From NCBI GenBank assembly GCA_010093815.1, contig ML996576.1: 64,000 nt of DNA; one strand, written 5' to 3'. The stretch is from Pseudovirgaria hyperparasitica (taxonomy: Eukaryota). This document shows positions 46,367 through 60,034 of the stretch, one piece after another (position 1 is the stretch's first letter; the number at the start of each line of letters is the position of its first letter). A program made the translations under genes and the position numbers. Under the pieces are notes generated by a model that saw only the letters and a program-made list of their open reading frames with translations, did not search any database and had not been told where the DNA came from.

Positions 46367-49300
46367 ATGAAGGTATGTGTATCTATCGCTCGACTCACCC
46401 CTCGGTTCCGTCTGCATTCCACACCGCAGCCTCACCCACACTCATGAACCATTTACTCATCTGGTGTCAGCACCCAGAATCCGAGAAAGCCGGCCGCTAC
46501 ATAGCCCAATTGGACACTGCGCGCTGCAGTGGACATTGGTCAGATGTCTCGGAACTCACGCGCAAAGTGGAGAAGCACGCGCCCCATCGCAAATGTATCA
46601 GTGCAACAACTCAACACATATGGCTCGGAGCTAATGCTTCATGCCAGGCCTTATACTGACAGCAAGAGCTGAAGCCCAGATAGCAGCGTATAACGAGCGT
46701 CGACCGGCCACCGCGGCTTCTACATCCACAACGAGCCTACCTAAACTCATCCCCACCCTCATTACCGCGATCGAAGAAGAGACGGAGTACAAGCAAGATG
46801 CATTTCAGGCAAATGTGTGTTTGGGCTGGATGCATTCCACCCTTGACGAACCTGGACTTGCAGTAGCTAGGTTTCCCAAGGACCTGATAGCTAGCTACAG
46901 TCAACTCAAGGAGGAAGAGCAGCTCACGGCCTGGACGTCGACGTGTGTGGTTAAAGGCGCATATCTCAAGGGTGAAAGAAGCTTACTATCAGCCATAGAG
47001 CTATGTGTTAACATCACGTATTAGGCATATCTCAAGAGAGGAGTAGCGGTGCACAAGGTGCGATACAGACGTACAGTTCGATCCTACCGTTCCTGTCCTC
47101 TATAGAGTCGATATCCTCTACTTCGTCCGAGTTCCAGAGGTGGACCGAGCTGCTTCTCAGCCGACTTTGTCTTTTATCTGACCAATCACTGCCTTCCGAA
47201 CAAGAAGTTGCAGCCGATCAAGCTTTGCTGGCATACAGACTGTGGACCAGATTCTTCGCCCAAAGAGCGCCTACGTCCACGAGTACCTTTAAACCTCTAG
47301 TCTCCTCCCGTAGACGTGTACTCAAAGCATATTACGACAGCCTCTCGATGATTTTGCAGAAGGACTTGGAGCATCCGGCTGCCTTGGCAGTAATACCTGA
47401 AAATGCAAGACTCCACCAGCGTGCAGAGTTAAAAAGGGTCGAGGCATTGTACGAGACGCAACTGTTGCAAGAGACGCAGTTCCCACGGGCTACACAGAGC
47501 AATAATGAGGTGGAACTCTGGGTGGATGCTGTCATCGATAATTGGAGAGTACTGTGCGGCCCGACGTGGTCTGACGAGGAGCTGGGTGAAGGGGGCAAGC
47601 CAGGCGTAGCCCGCGAGGTTCTCGACGTGTGTTTGTTCGCAATATCGAAAGCCAACATCCCATTGCTAACACGAGACAGATTCTCTACCGCGCTGCAGCA
47701 AAGACATTCCATTCTACTCAGATCTTACGACATTTGTTTAGTGTACACTCATACCTTGCAGAGTTCCAACTTGCTTTCAAAGCTTTTGATTCCTACTTGG
47801 ACTTGGTGACTAGAAGCAAAGAGCGCACTGCGAAAAGTGGCGAAGAGGATCTTGGGTTGGACAAAGACGATACAATTATTCGTACTGCTGCAGAGGCCAT
47901 ACGTGTGCTCTGCAGATTTGGTACCAAGAATGAAGCGGAGAAGGCCAGAACTATAGCAAAAACTATAGAGGCGTGGCTACGACAAAGCTCTCCCTCAGGT
48001 GCGCCGATCAGTCCTACTCACAGCCGAGCGACCACAGCGGAGTCTATAGAGCCGATTGCAGAGTCGCCGCTCTCACCAAAAGTGCGTGCACTAGCTTTCC
48101 GTGCTATTGGCATCAGTCAAGCACAGTGGGCTCGCCATACCTTTGAAGCATCCGCACGATCGACATTACAGATTGATGCTGTCAAGAATCTTCGCAAAGC
48201 CTTAGAGCCTAGTTTCGAGGCACAGAACAACCTGGAGAGTCAATATGCGCTTGCTTTGGTTCTCGCCGAAATGCGGGATATAAGCGGTGCTACACGCGTG
48301 GTCAAGAATGCGTTGTCATCAAAATCGCAAGAAACGGCGCTGCTGCCTGACGGGGAGATCCCTGACGAGCAAGAGGCTGATGAAGACGATTTTACAAGAG
48401 AAAGGAAGCTTATGCCATTCTGGCATCTACTTTCCTTGCTGCTAACGGCTCGATCTGAGCCGCAGACTGCTATCAAAGCATGTGAGGCCGCTTTCGAGCA
48501 ATTTGAGGACCCAGAGATTCTTTTCGGAGCCGGCGACCAGTACCGGAGCTCTCATCTAAATGACATGTCGCCCGTGGATGAGAAAAGCTTAATCGCTACC
48601 AAAGGCTTAGTCGACAGTATGGAGTCATTCGAGAAGGAGGGAATTCTTCAGATAAAGATGACGCAGCTTGCTCTTATCGAAATATTAGACGGCGCGACCG
48701 TGGCAGTCGATTCGAGCGACGAGCTTTTGTCATTATTCGGACGTTTGTATCCGGACACAACGCCTGGGCAGCGGAACCTTCCAACACCTCAGACAGTGGT
48801 GCCTCCGAAAAGTTCGGTAGGTTCGGTGCGACACAGCATATTTCGCAGGCATTGGGCGTCCCACACCAATGCAGAGAAACCAATTGAGGGAAGCATGCCC
48901 GTATCCAGTGATACTTCGACCCTTCATTCGCGCTCAGCGCCAACGCCAGCCCCTGCAATTCGCGTTACCGATGAGGAGAGTAGAAGCAAAGCAGACGTCA
49001 ATCATATCTTCCGTACATCTAGTACCAACCAAGCCCCACATCGGAGCGGTAGCAAATTACAAAAGAAGAAGTCCGCCAGTCTTCATCGGCAATCCTCAGA
49101 GACTGCAGCCCCTCAGCCCGACTCCGAGCCAGATCTCCCCAACCCAAATGCGGACTACGGGCGAGCGAATTCGATTGCATCATCTAAGTTCCGTGTGCAG
49201 TCTGGCGCAGAGAGCTCAGGTCCGCACTCAGTCGAAGGAGGGCCAGGCCAGCACATTGGCATTTTGCCGCATAACATGAGTCATACAGCTGCGCCTGCTC

Positions 49301-50230
49301 CCATAGGTCACGTCCATCAACCTCCAAGGCAGGATGTCAGGCTACCATCTGCATTGCCGCGATCTGGCGTACTTTCGCCGGAGCCAAGATTTCCTGCGAT
49401 TCAAGAGAGACGTCATAAGACGTCCTTATTGAGCGACATATGGCTTTATATCGCTGAACTATATTCTAGAGCAGAGCAGTTTGATCAATCAAGGGAAGCC
49501 ATTGCAGAGGCTGCAAATCTTGTGCAAGAGTTTGAGGCTGAGGTAGCGCGTAACTCTTCTTCGAGTCTCGCCACTGCTGAAAAGGGGTGGGGTGGCGGAA
49601 AGAGCGTGGACGAGCTCTGGGCCGATGTCAATGCGACCGTGAGTAATAGTAAGATCATCATCGTAACAACAGTACTAACATCCAGCTCAGCGAGGCAACG
49701 TTACTCAGATGCAGAAGCGACCACATGATGCACTTCAGCATTTTGAGGTTTCCTTGTCCCATTATCCTTACCATCCTGCCGCCATCGTTGGACTATCTTC
49801 CATCTTGCTAGATATACATTCCCAGATAATACCTCAGGAACCGCAGCGAAGCACGGGCATGCTGACGCCTTCAATATCGATAGGTCAGAAGGGTGCAACA
49901 AAGACAGGTTCTGGCAACCACGAACCCAAGATCAATGATTTTCACAAACACCAAGTCCATCTACAAGCGCCATCAGCAGCAAATAAGGCCACGCCCAGTG
50001 AGCTGAACCGTCTTGCGGCGCGTGATCGCGCTTATGGACTTCTATCATCATTGACGAAGCTTGGGTCTGGCTGGGACTATTCGGAGGCTTGGTATACCTT
50101 AGCCAGAGCGTATGAAGAGGGCGACCAGATAGAGAAAGCAAAAGAGGTACTATGGTGGTGCGTAGAACTGCAAGATGCGAAGCCAATAAGGCATTGGAGT
50201 GTCGCCGGCAATGGGGGAACATTGTTATAG
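46367..50230 (+). CDS. TPR-repeat protein, Ypp1/TTC7-like (filamentation protein Rhf1 type), 6 exons
   Basis: MK|intron|HPESEKAGRYIAQLDTARCSGHW...KHAPHRKC; ILYRAAAKTFHSTQILRHLF; C-terminal RLAARDRAYGLLSSLTKLGSGWDYSEAWYTLARAYE...LWWCVELQD; canonical introns. Confidence 0.85.
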
Positions 50231-50670
50231 TTGGAAAGTAAAGAGAAGATACCCCTTCATTCGTTGTTTGACGCTGTTTACTCGGCATGGGCGAGAGTTT
50301 CACTGGCAGCACAGGTTGTTAGGAGTTCTAAGTGAGAATCTCCGAGAGTCGTGAGGTCTTACCGATAATCTAGATACTGCAGTCGCGACCGGCACAAGCA
50401 CTTAAACAACGGCTTATTCATCAGACGAAACGAACAATACTCTTCTACCGCACAAACACAGACACAGGCATCCTACTGGAGTGAAGTGAAGATCTTTCCA
50501 GTGAACTGGCGATAAGCCTGTTCTCTCTATCTAATTCACTGCTTATTTTCTCGCCTAGAAGCATTTTACACCTCGCTCACCTTGATCTTACTCCCTATAG
50601 CTCCACCACGACTGCTACGACTGCTGCCGTCGCTGTATAGCGCAGTATCGCCTGAATATCAAGCACTTGC

Positions 50671-51614
50671 ATGCCCATGGCACCCGTTGAGGAGGATCAT
50701 CCGATACACGGGTGGCTAGAAGGCCTTACAACTGAAGAGGCCGCAACGGCGTCGGATCGTAAACCTCTGCAACCACCAACTACTCCTCGATCTCAGGGCT
50801 TCGCTACCTTAGATCTACCCTTCAGTCACTACGACTCGCCAAATTCCACCTTCACACTTGAAACGTCCATATTCGAGAGGCACAACACGGAAGTCTGCGA
50901 AGATGATCGCCTAAGCGTTAGTACTGGTGCATCTTCGGTGTACTCTGCTAGTGACCAGCCAGATACCGACTCTACGAAACACAGATCTTCCAATGTAGCT
51001 ACTACTACTAATCTAGCTCCCCACGATGAATCAGCTCTTGGGACGCCTACGGAATCACCGCCACGCGACCTTGTGGTGAATACGGAGATTCCGTCTCTAA
51101 CAAAGCCAATGTTGGTATGGGTCACATCGTGTCTCCAGTGCGTGCTTAAAGGGCTTCCATGCGACAAGACTGTACCTCGCTGCTCACGATGCCTGCGCTG
51201 CGGTGAAGAAGGTCACTGTCTGTTGCAATTCGTTCCTTACCACGATTCGTGGACGACGCCAATTCTTGTACGGTTTTCCAGCGATGACCACCAAGTCACT
51301 GAGGAAAGAGAGGAACAACAACGTGAGGTACGCAGAACCAAGACTACGATTTGCGCAAGATCGGTTTACTGACACCCTTTTAGCTTCTCAAGAATTGGCA
51401 ATCCCGAGTAGAGCGTAGAAATTGGGCCTTACCTTTTGTCGGCAAGCATAGCAAAGCAGCGATCGTTCACACGATCAAGGGCACCTTTCTCAGATGCCAG
51501 CATAATCCGACGCATCCAGGCCGTGGTGAGGGCAGGGAGCGGCATGCAATGCTCGAGCTTACGAGTGAGGCAGTGAGGGATGCCCGACAGGTCTACACTT
51601 ACACTCCCGTTTGA
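50671..51614 (+). CDS. Protein with a Zn(II)2Cys6-like cluster, 2 exons
   Basis: SCLQCVLKGLPCDKTVPRCSRCLRCGEEGHCL fits CX2CX6CX6CX2CX8C. Intron 51328-51383 (gtacgc...tactgac...tag); exon 2 LLKNWQSRVERRNWALP... ends TGA at 51614. Confidence 0.7.
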
Positions 51615-52291
51615 GGGTATATTTAGTACGTCATATGAGGAGCGGAACATCATAAGCATTATACAAGCATATATTGCAAGATCGAGACGACACGGTATTA
51701 GTATATTGATCAGCATGGAATGGAGCATGAAAGACATTCTAGCATTAGCAAGGAATGAAATAGATATATCTGAGCAGACCAAACAGGTCGTAGTTTGAGA
51801 AGAGATATCGCGACTACTTGAATGCAAATAAATCTACACTCGTATTTTCAAGTCCCGTACTTCACAATCATACCCTTCACATGGGAATTAAACCCCTTCT
51901 GTATTCTACCTGATTGTTGCTATTAACTACCGTGCCTAGACGAAACATCCTCCAGTTCCCGCTTCGAGCGTCGAGGGAAGCATAGACCCTATGTTCTACC
52001 GAACCTCGGAAGAAGCTGTCAAGCCCAAAGAGGAAATCTACTAGATACACTTTATTACACGATTAACCAATCATACCCCCGTCTACAAGCTATCGAGCCC
52101 CGCCTTTGATGCACCGGTCGTTTGAACATTCAACATCCCAGTTACACAAATCTGACAAGAACTAATTAGTTTTCCGATACTTCACTCTCTCTCTCACTCT
52201 TTGACCTCCCAAGCTTCCTCGCCTCCGCTCTCACCTCGATCTTTTTCCATACCACACAGTCCAAAGCTAAACCAAAAAAAAAGCATCCACC

Positions 52292-53247
52292 ATGACAGCT
52301 ACTCCTCCTCCTCCTCCAACCACCGACATCCTAGCCGCACTCAACCGCGACGGCTTCGTCGTCATCCCAAACGTCCTCTCCCAAGACGAACTCGCCAACC
52401 TGCGCGCCGCAAGCACACACATCGCCGCGCAAACCCGCGCCGGAAAATGGCCGTACATGCGCACGCTGCCCAAGCAATTCCCGCCATGGCCCTCTGACCC
52501 GTCGCGCGGGATATGGTAAAAACCCCACCGCTCCATTTTTTTAACCTTTAACGAGAGAAAACTGACGTTCGTTCACCTAGGGGCGTGCAACACCTCCTCC
52601 ACCCATCCATGCCACACGGGTCCACGTTCGCGGCGTCGTACTTCCACCCCACGATTGCAGCCGTAGTCAGGACGCTGCTGGACTGCACGGATGACGATCT
52701 GATCATGGAGCTGTACAACCTGCTCGTGCGGCCAGACGAGGACTTTGCGTTGCGGTGGCACAGGGACGACATTCCGCCTGCTGCGACGGCGGATGAGGAA
52801 TTGGCGAGATTGAACGAGCCTGCGTGGCACGCGCAGTGGAATCTGGCGCTGTATGAGGATAGCAGCTTGATTGTTGTGCCGGGGAGTCATAGGCGTGCGA
52901 GGACGCAGGTGGAGCGGGATGCGGATCCGTATGAGGGGAGTCTGGAGGGGCAGAGGGTTGTGAGCATGCAGCCTGGTGATGCGGTGTTTTATAATAATAA
53001 TATACTGCATCGGGGGGTGTATGTGAGTAGCAAGGAGCGTATGACGCTGCATGGGAGTATGGGTCATGTGAAGGGGAGTAGGCACAGGGCGCGAAATGTG
53101 CTGCAGCATGGATGTGGGGAATGGGTCGATGAGTGTGATTTTGGGGGCTTGGAGGAGGGAATAAGTAAGAGGGCGGAGCTGATGAGGGAGAAGTTGGTGG
53201 TGCTGGGCAGGGAGGGCGGTGAGGTGGGATTTTCGCAGGATGATTGA
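52292..53247 (+). CDS. Phytanoyl-CoA dioxygenase (PhyH) family Fe(II)/2-oxoglutarate dioxygenase, 2 exons
   Basis: LNRDGFVVIPNVL, WHRDD (HxD), LIVVPGSHRR, MQPGDAVFYNNNILHRG (distal His); intron 52516-52580. Confidence 0.9.
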
Positions 53248-53874
53248 GATTTGAGTGGCGGACGACAGGCGATGGCGGGAGTAGGGAGGGACGGGGTATC
53301 AGAATTTCTTGAGGTTGCTTGCGGTGGTGTCAGAGCATACGTAAGGTTCGTATGATTTTGCGGTCGTTGGGTGTCGTTCTCATGCACATGCGCATTCGTG
53401 GGCTTGTTTTTCGATCGTACCTGAACTCTCACGGTAGCATGAAACGCGTTTTGACTGATCACTTATGAATCCCCAAATTACGAGCACCCTATTGTGTCAT
53501 GCGAGGTTGCCTTCTCGATGAAGCGAGTTTTGGTGAATTCCAGGAGAAAGCTGGTGAGATCTCCACCAAAAGCACAGTGTCCATGTCGCAGATGACCGAC
53601 TATCTTCAAGTGAGCAGTTTTCCAAGTTCAAAGTTTTCACAGTTCTTGCTGGTTTATCTTGGGCCGTTGAAGGATTTCACATTTTTATGAGCCTATCCGA
53701 CAGTAAATGCAGGCGCCGTAGAAAGACATGCCAATGCAACAACCCACATGCAGTCGATTGATTGAGCGTTGTCCGGCTGTTTATCAGCTAGGACTTTGCA
53801 TGTTGTTGCTCTCATCCTCTACCCACGCTCCATCTCCTCGTCTTTTCCTGCCTTAACACCGTCGAAAGAACACG

Positions 53875-54580
53875 TTATATCGAAGAAGGGTAGAGCATAA
53901 TACGAACGGAAGCGCCGAAGGTTTTAGGAGGAAGGTTGTTGCGGAATTGGGCCCGGACGAGGCCAGAGTTGCCTAGATAGCGTGTCAGCGAATGCTATTT
54001 AAATATTCCAATGTCTTCTTCATACCGTGTGGCCGCGTAACCTTGCCCCAGATCACTCTGATCTTAGATCCACGGACCTCTTTTTGCGCGCGGTACACGA
54101 ATGCGACCTTCTTGCCGAGATAGAAGCTAATTCTCAATGTTAATTCTGTGATGACTTTGTGCGAGTTCACGGCTTTTCTTACTTCGACGCTTCCTTGTCT
54201 GCTACACCCTCAATCTGAAGCAGACTGGTGTTTGGGTTGGTGTTGCGCTTACCACGCTGGTAGCTGACGTGCTTGCCCCTGATGATATCATGTTAGTCGT
54301 CTACCAATCTCATTATTTCCATATTTCATTGGCCTTGAATCGGATCGTGAAGACGAATCGCAGGTGTCGCAGACACGGCTTTGCGAGCGAGGTGGGTGGC
54401 CATCGTTTATGAGCGGTAGTACTCACTTTACGTATACTGCGATGAGACATATATCAGCATGTTGCGTCTAGAGTTGGGGACTGCACGAAACCGTAGATGG
54501 CATCGAGCGCTGGTGATAGATTCCAAGGCGAGAGCTGGATTGCAGATGAACTTACGTCTGTGGCCGGCTTCTGAAGGCAT
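53875..54580 (-). CDS. RPL33: 60S ribosomal protein eL33 (L35Ae), 5 exons
   Basis: [37 protein letters not shown]...|[65 protein letters not shown]. Confidence 0.96.
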
Positions 54581-55992
54581 CTTGAAGACTTCCTAGACTT
54601 GATGAAGGGAGATAAGTGTTGGAGAGAGACGTCGAGGGTGGCTGCTGGGTTAGTATGAGGATTGACATGAAGTCGTGGTGCGCTTCGTGATGTTGCCTTG
54701 AGTGTGCGAATAAGCGAGCCAATCAGACTTAGGACGCCAAGCTTTCTCAACGCGACAGCCTACCTACCTTCGTCCAACGTAGGTCGGGTTGTACCCAGGT
54801 AATTAGATTCGTAGAAGCAGTCTGGACATCATTGTTATGCTTCCTCTCCCTTCTACTGCTGTATTTTTACCCTGCGCATCATATAGAGACCACTCATACC
54901 GTAATCTCTTCCACCACTGTTGCTCCATTTGCTACGCCCAAACTTTTGCGCTTCCTCATCGCAAGTAGTCCTGCCACTGAATTGTCATGCGGGCCCCCGT
55001 CACAGACCTCCGATGAGGGGAACATCCAAGCCTACCAGTTAAAGACCACTCGTTGCGATACTCACTTTGAAGAGTGTACGTAAGATCAACCACCCAATAT
55101 CGTACTTACATGTTCGTTTTGCATTGGCCGATTTCTGTTCGAATGGAACAATATGGTACTCGAGGCCCAACAACGGGCACGGAGTACTTTCCACAGATAA
55201 CAAGAAAAATCTCTACCGTTTCAGCTAGACGCGATCCGATGCAGACGCGAGACGATGTAGGCATGACATGCACACGTATGGCAACAATTGCCTGAAGCAG
55301 AGTATGATGAGATGCATGGCGAGATCGGCGGCACAGTCGTCAGAGCCAGAGCAGGGGTCTCACCGAACGCTCAGGAAAACAAAATGCCATACAAACGGAC
55401 TTTAGGAAACACACTAGAATGCCCGTCTGCGCCGAGAGCTTTCTTTCTTAAGCTGTCAAAGACCAACGAAGTACGGAGCTGCTAATTTTTATGGGGAGCT
55501 TACTGAGCGCCCCTGTCGAAGCGGCGTCCAGCCTGCTCGGAAAAGTTCTCAGCTTATCGCGATGTACAGACGCTCATAACAGCTCCGATGGCGTTGGGTG
55601 TAGTGCGGAATAAGTAGTACATAACAATATCTACACGATCGCATTCGTGGAATAGCTTGCAATCTCATTATTCCCAGGGGTTGAAGAGCGGATAAGCTAT
55701 ACAGGTCTGGCACGGCACCTCCCTGACTTAGCGGGGGGCAATCAGATCCCACGTAGGGTGAGGTCACCGCCCGCAGCGAAAGTTCCGCCGCTCGCCGCCG
55801 ATAAATCCAGCAACCCCACTACTTCACCGAAAAGTCAACAAGCCTTCCTCACCCCTCGAGTGTACCCTTCGTACTATCTTCTCTCTCTTTCGGACATACG
55901 TTGTGATCTTCAAATTATAATTTCCGTGATACTACTCACAACCTTTTTCCAGCGTTCCTCCCCAATCATCACTCTCTACCCCACAGGTCATC

Positions 55993-58038
55993 ATGGCAGA
56001 CACACTCATCCAACCAGAGGTTGAATCGAACGCCGGGTAGGTTTTAGCATTATTTACTTCAGTAGGATCATCAAAGTACCAGCGGCACTCTTGATACCTA
56101 TTTCTTTCGGCAAGCGCTGCCATGATATCCACGAAGACTCGCAGCAGTCATCATCATCTTGTTGGGAGCTACCCCGCGATACACCATTCATCAACATTGT
56201 ACCTGGCTGATTGTAACGATGCATATTTAGCACCCTTGAGCTGAAAGACAATACGGTCATTGTCGTCCTTGGAGCATCCGGCGACTTAGCAAAGAAGAAG
56301 ACTGTAAGGCAATTATTGAACAGCATTAGAGAAGTCGGCTAACGCTTATATAGTTCCCAGCTCTATTCGGACTCGTAAGCTCCCCATCATGATATACAGG
56401 TCGTGAGTCTAATAGTCTAAAGCACCGAAACAATTTCCTCCCAAAGAACATCAAAATCGTTGGGTATGCGCGGACGAAAATGGATCACAGCGAGTATCTA
56501 CGGAGGGTTCGACAATATATCAAGACTCCCACAAAGGACATGGAGAAACAGTTGGATGAGTTCTGCGAGATGTGTTCGTACATCTCTGGACAATATGACC
56601 AGGACGACTCGTTCATCAACTTGACGAAGCATCTCGACGAGCTGGAAAAGGGGCGCAAAGAGACAAATCGAGTATTCTACATGGCTCTGCCGCCAAGCGT
56701 CTTCATTGATGTGTCAAGGCACCTGAAGAAGAACTGCTACCCTAAGAAGGGTATTACTCGCGTTATTGTGAGCTGCGAAAATCCCAAGCCCCTCCTCCTT
56801 GGAAGACATGTTCTGACTGAGATTGATAGGTCGAGAAACCCTTCGGAAAGGATCTCGAAAGCTCGCGAGAGCTCCAGAAGGCGCTTGAACCAGACTGGAA
56901 GGAGGATGAAATCTTCCGTATCGACCACTACCTCGGGAAAGAAATGGTGAAAAACATACTCATACTACGCTTTGGTAACGAATTCTTCGGAGCCACCTGG
57001 AACAGGAACCACATCGATAACGTGCAGGTGAGAGATAATCTGATACCAGAACGTAACATGGTTTGTCTCACGACGTGACTTGCAGATCTCATTCAAGGAA
57101 CCATTCGGCACAGAAGGACGCGGTGGGTACTTTGATGAGTTTGGTATCATCCGTGACGTTATGCAAAACCGTAAGTTGGCTTTCTCCATATTCTGCTCCA
57201 AGGCTGCGCCTGACACTGAGTAGATCTACTGCAAATCCTTACACTTCTCACTATGGAACGCCCTATCTCTTTCTCTGCCGAAGATATCCGCGACGAGAAG
57301 GTCCGCGTGCTCCGTGGTATGCCTGCTCTGGAGCCCAAGAACGTTATCATTGGCCAGTACGGCAAATCGCTCGATGGCAGCAAGCCAGGCTACAAAGAGG
57401 ACGATACTGTACCAAAGGATTCTCGATGCCCAACTTTCGCCTCTATGGTTGCATACATCAAAAATGAACGATGGGACGGCGTGCCTTTCATTCTCAAGGC
57501 TGGCAAAGCGCTCAATGAACAAAAGACAGAGGTCAGAATCCAATTCAAGGATGTCACTTCTGGTATCTTCAAAGACATTCCTCGCAATGAACTCGTCATT
57601 CGCGTGCAGCCAAACGAAAGTGTCTACATCAAGATGAACTCCAAGCTACCAGGTCTAAGCATGCAGACGGTTGTGACAGAGCTCGACTTGACCTATAGAC
57701 GACGGTTCTCGGACCTTAAGATTCCAGAGGCATATGAATCTCTCATCCTAGACGCGTTCAAGGGTGATCACTCGAACTTCGTCCGCGACGACGAGCTTGA
57801 CGCCAGCTGGAGAATCTTTTCCCCTCTCCTACACTATCTTGATGACAATAAGGAAATCATCCCTATGGAATACCCCTATGGTTCTCGAGGGCCGGCAGTT
57901 CTGGATGATTTCACTTCATCGTACGGCTACAAATTTAGTGACGCCGTAAGTAATCGACAGGTTCCGATGACTATGTACCCTAACAACACCTAGGCTGGCT
58001 ACCAGTGGCCGGGCAACGCTGAGCAGAACAAGCTATAA
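55993..58038 (+). CDS. ZWF1: Glucose-6-phosphate 1-dehydrogenase, 8 coding exons
   Basis: [96 protein letters not shown]; last exon [14 protein letters not shown]. Confidence 0.97.
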
Positions 58039-58557
58039 AGCCGGACAAGCCTATCGCGAGAAAGTACGAGGCGACGCGTGTCTCTCCGGTTGAGCCTTGA
58101 TGGACAAAGGAGTGTGTAATGGAACTTTAGACACTGCCCCCACAAACCGATTAGGCTAGTGGGAACTCGAGTGCAGATCTCGTCGATCAATCTTGGAAGA
58201 AGTCGTTTTCGTGTCTACAGATCGAGGTCTTGGCAATATCAAAGAAATGAATGAGATAAAATAGATCTCACATGACTCTTCCAATATGATCCAGCCTCTT
58301 GAACGTAGAAAATGTAGCACTAAGCAGATGAGATCATGAGGATACAGAACATCTCTACTAGCTTCACAGCATGTACAGAACTTGAGTTTCCCAGATATTT
58401 CTAGTACGAAGGAGGTGCCGTAAAGCTGAAGCCATTTTCAAGCCAGGGCCACGCATGCGGACGGTTAAACATCGGGCTTGTTCAAATAATTTATTGAGCC
58501 ATCTTAAATATTTCGATACTGATACTTCACCATACGACCTTGGAACGTACTGAACTG

Positions 58558-59206
58558 ATGATGGCAGTGTCTCGGAAGCAGCCAAATATTGTGATCACAG
58601 GCACGCCTGGTGTAGGCAAAACTACACATGCTGAACTCCTCGCAACAAACACCCAATTGAAGCACATATCGCTGAATGACATCGCAAAAGAAGAGGACTG
58701 CTATGACGGCTACGATGAGGAATTGCAGACGCATATTCTGGATGAAGACAAGGTGATACATTCCGAAAAGCTGCACACAACCATTGGGGTTGATCTGTGG
58801 CCACTCTGCCTCCCCTGTTCTGACTTCGTATTCCAAACAGCTTCTTGATCACATAGAGTCAGGCCTGAAGGCCGGCGGAAACATAATCGACTATCACGCT
58901 TGCGAGCTCTTTCCCGAAGCGCTCATCGACCTCGTTGTCGTAATACGATGCGACTCCACATTACTATTTGACCGCATGAAGGCGCGCAGATATCCGGAGA
59001 GGAAGATTGAGGAGAACATGGACTCAGAGATCATGCAGGTTATCTTGGAAGAGGCGCGCGAAAGTTATGCGGAAGAGATCGTCGTTGAATTGCAAAGTGA
59101 CTGCGCGGAGGATGTCGAGCGCAACGTGGAGAGAATACAAAGCTGGTTGGAGGCATGGAAGAAGAACAACAACAACAGTAACACCACCACCACCACCAAC
59201 ACATGA
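58558..59206 (+). CDS. FAP7: Adenylate kinase 6 / Fap7 (hCINAP-like), 2 exons
   Basis: PNIVITGTPGVGKTT P-loop, ILDEDK|LLD, IIDYHACELFPE, KIEENMDSEIMQVILEEARESY; intron 58753-58840. Confidence 0.93.
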
Positions 59207-59366
59207 AAATTTGGTTGTGTGAGTGGGTGAAAAGTGCTTTGCATGGCTTCGGCGTTTCCCTTCAAATTGGTGAAGGTGTACGGCTATAGAAACGAGCGTC
59301 CAATTGGACTGCAATACCGCGCGGTATTCATACACGGAGGTGCTATCGTCAGGTCATATCGGTACT

Positions 59367-60034
59367 CTATGCATCGCTTGCTTGTGCCAACCACTCCTTC
59401 AGCTTATCCAGCGCCCGTCCTCGATGACTGATCGCATGCTTGTCCTTTTTCTCCATCTCCGCATACGTCTGGCCGCCAACTTCAAACGCTGAATCCCATC
59501 CGAACACCGTGGGACCTCGCGACTCAACCAATCTGCCTTCGGTCTTACCCTGGAAAAGGATTGGCTCATGATCTGGACCCTCGCAGTATGCGAAATTGCA
59601 GACCGCAGTTGCAGACTTGTCGTCAAAGCCAGCGAGCATCTTATGCAGACCGTGCGGGCCAAGAGATTTCATGAACCATTTTCTAAGATATGTAAGACAT
59701 AGAGAAGTGATAGCCGTTGCGAAGTGCTCGTACATATATGGACCGGGCAATCCGTTCATAGCTTTGAAGCAGAGACATGTGTCCTCTACGAGTACTGGTT
59801 CGCCGACCTAGGCATTGTCAAAATAATGATCAGTAGACCATGCCCGTGACGTACTGCTGCTGCCGCTCTCCGCGCCTTGTCTATTGTGACCTCTTCTGCT
59901 GTGCCCTGGATTTCAACTAGATCGACATTCTTACTTCGTAGCTCTATCACGCCATCGAGAATAGCTTGGACTTCAGCGAGTTTATTTGCGTTGCCTGTGA
60001 TGAAATATAGATGTGTTGGTGCAGTTGGTGCCAT
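59367..60034 (-). CDS. HAM1: Inosine triphosphate pyrophosphatase (ITPase), 3 exons
   Basis: [60 protein letters not shown]. Confidence 0.95.

Noticed and set aside
54279..56230. Intronic snoRNAs in the longer RPL33 introns and G6PD intron 1
   Set aside because: No convincing C box (RTGATGA) with D box and terminal stem, or H/ACA layout, seen by eye.
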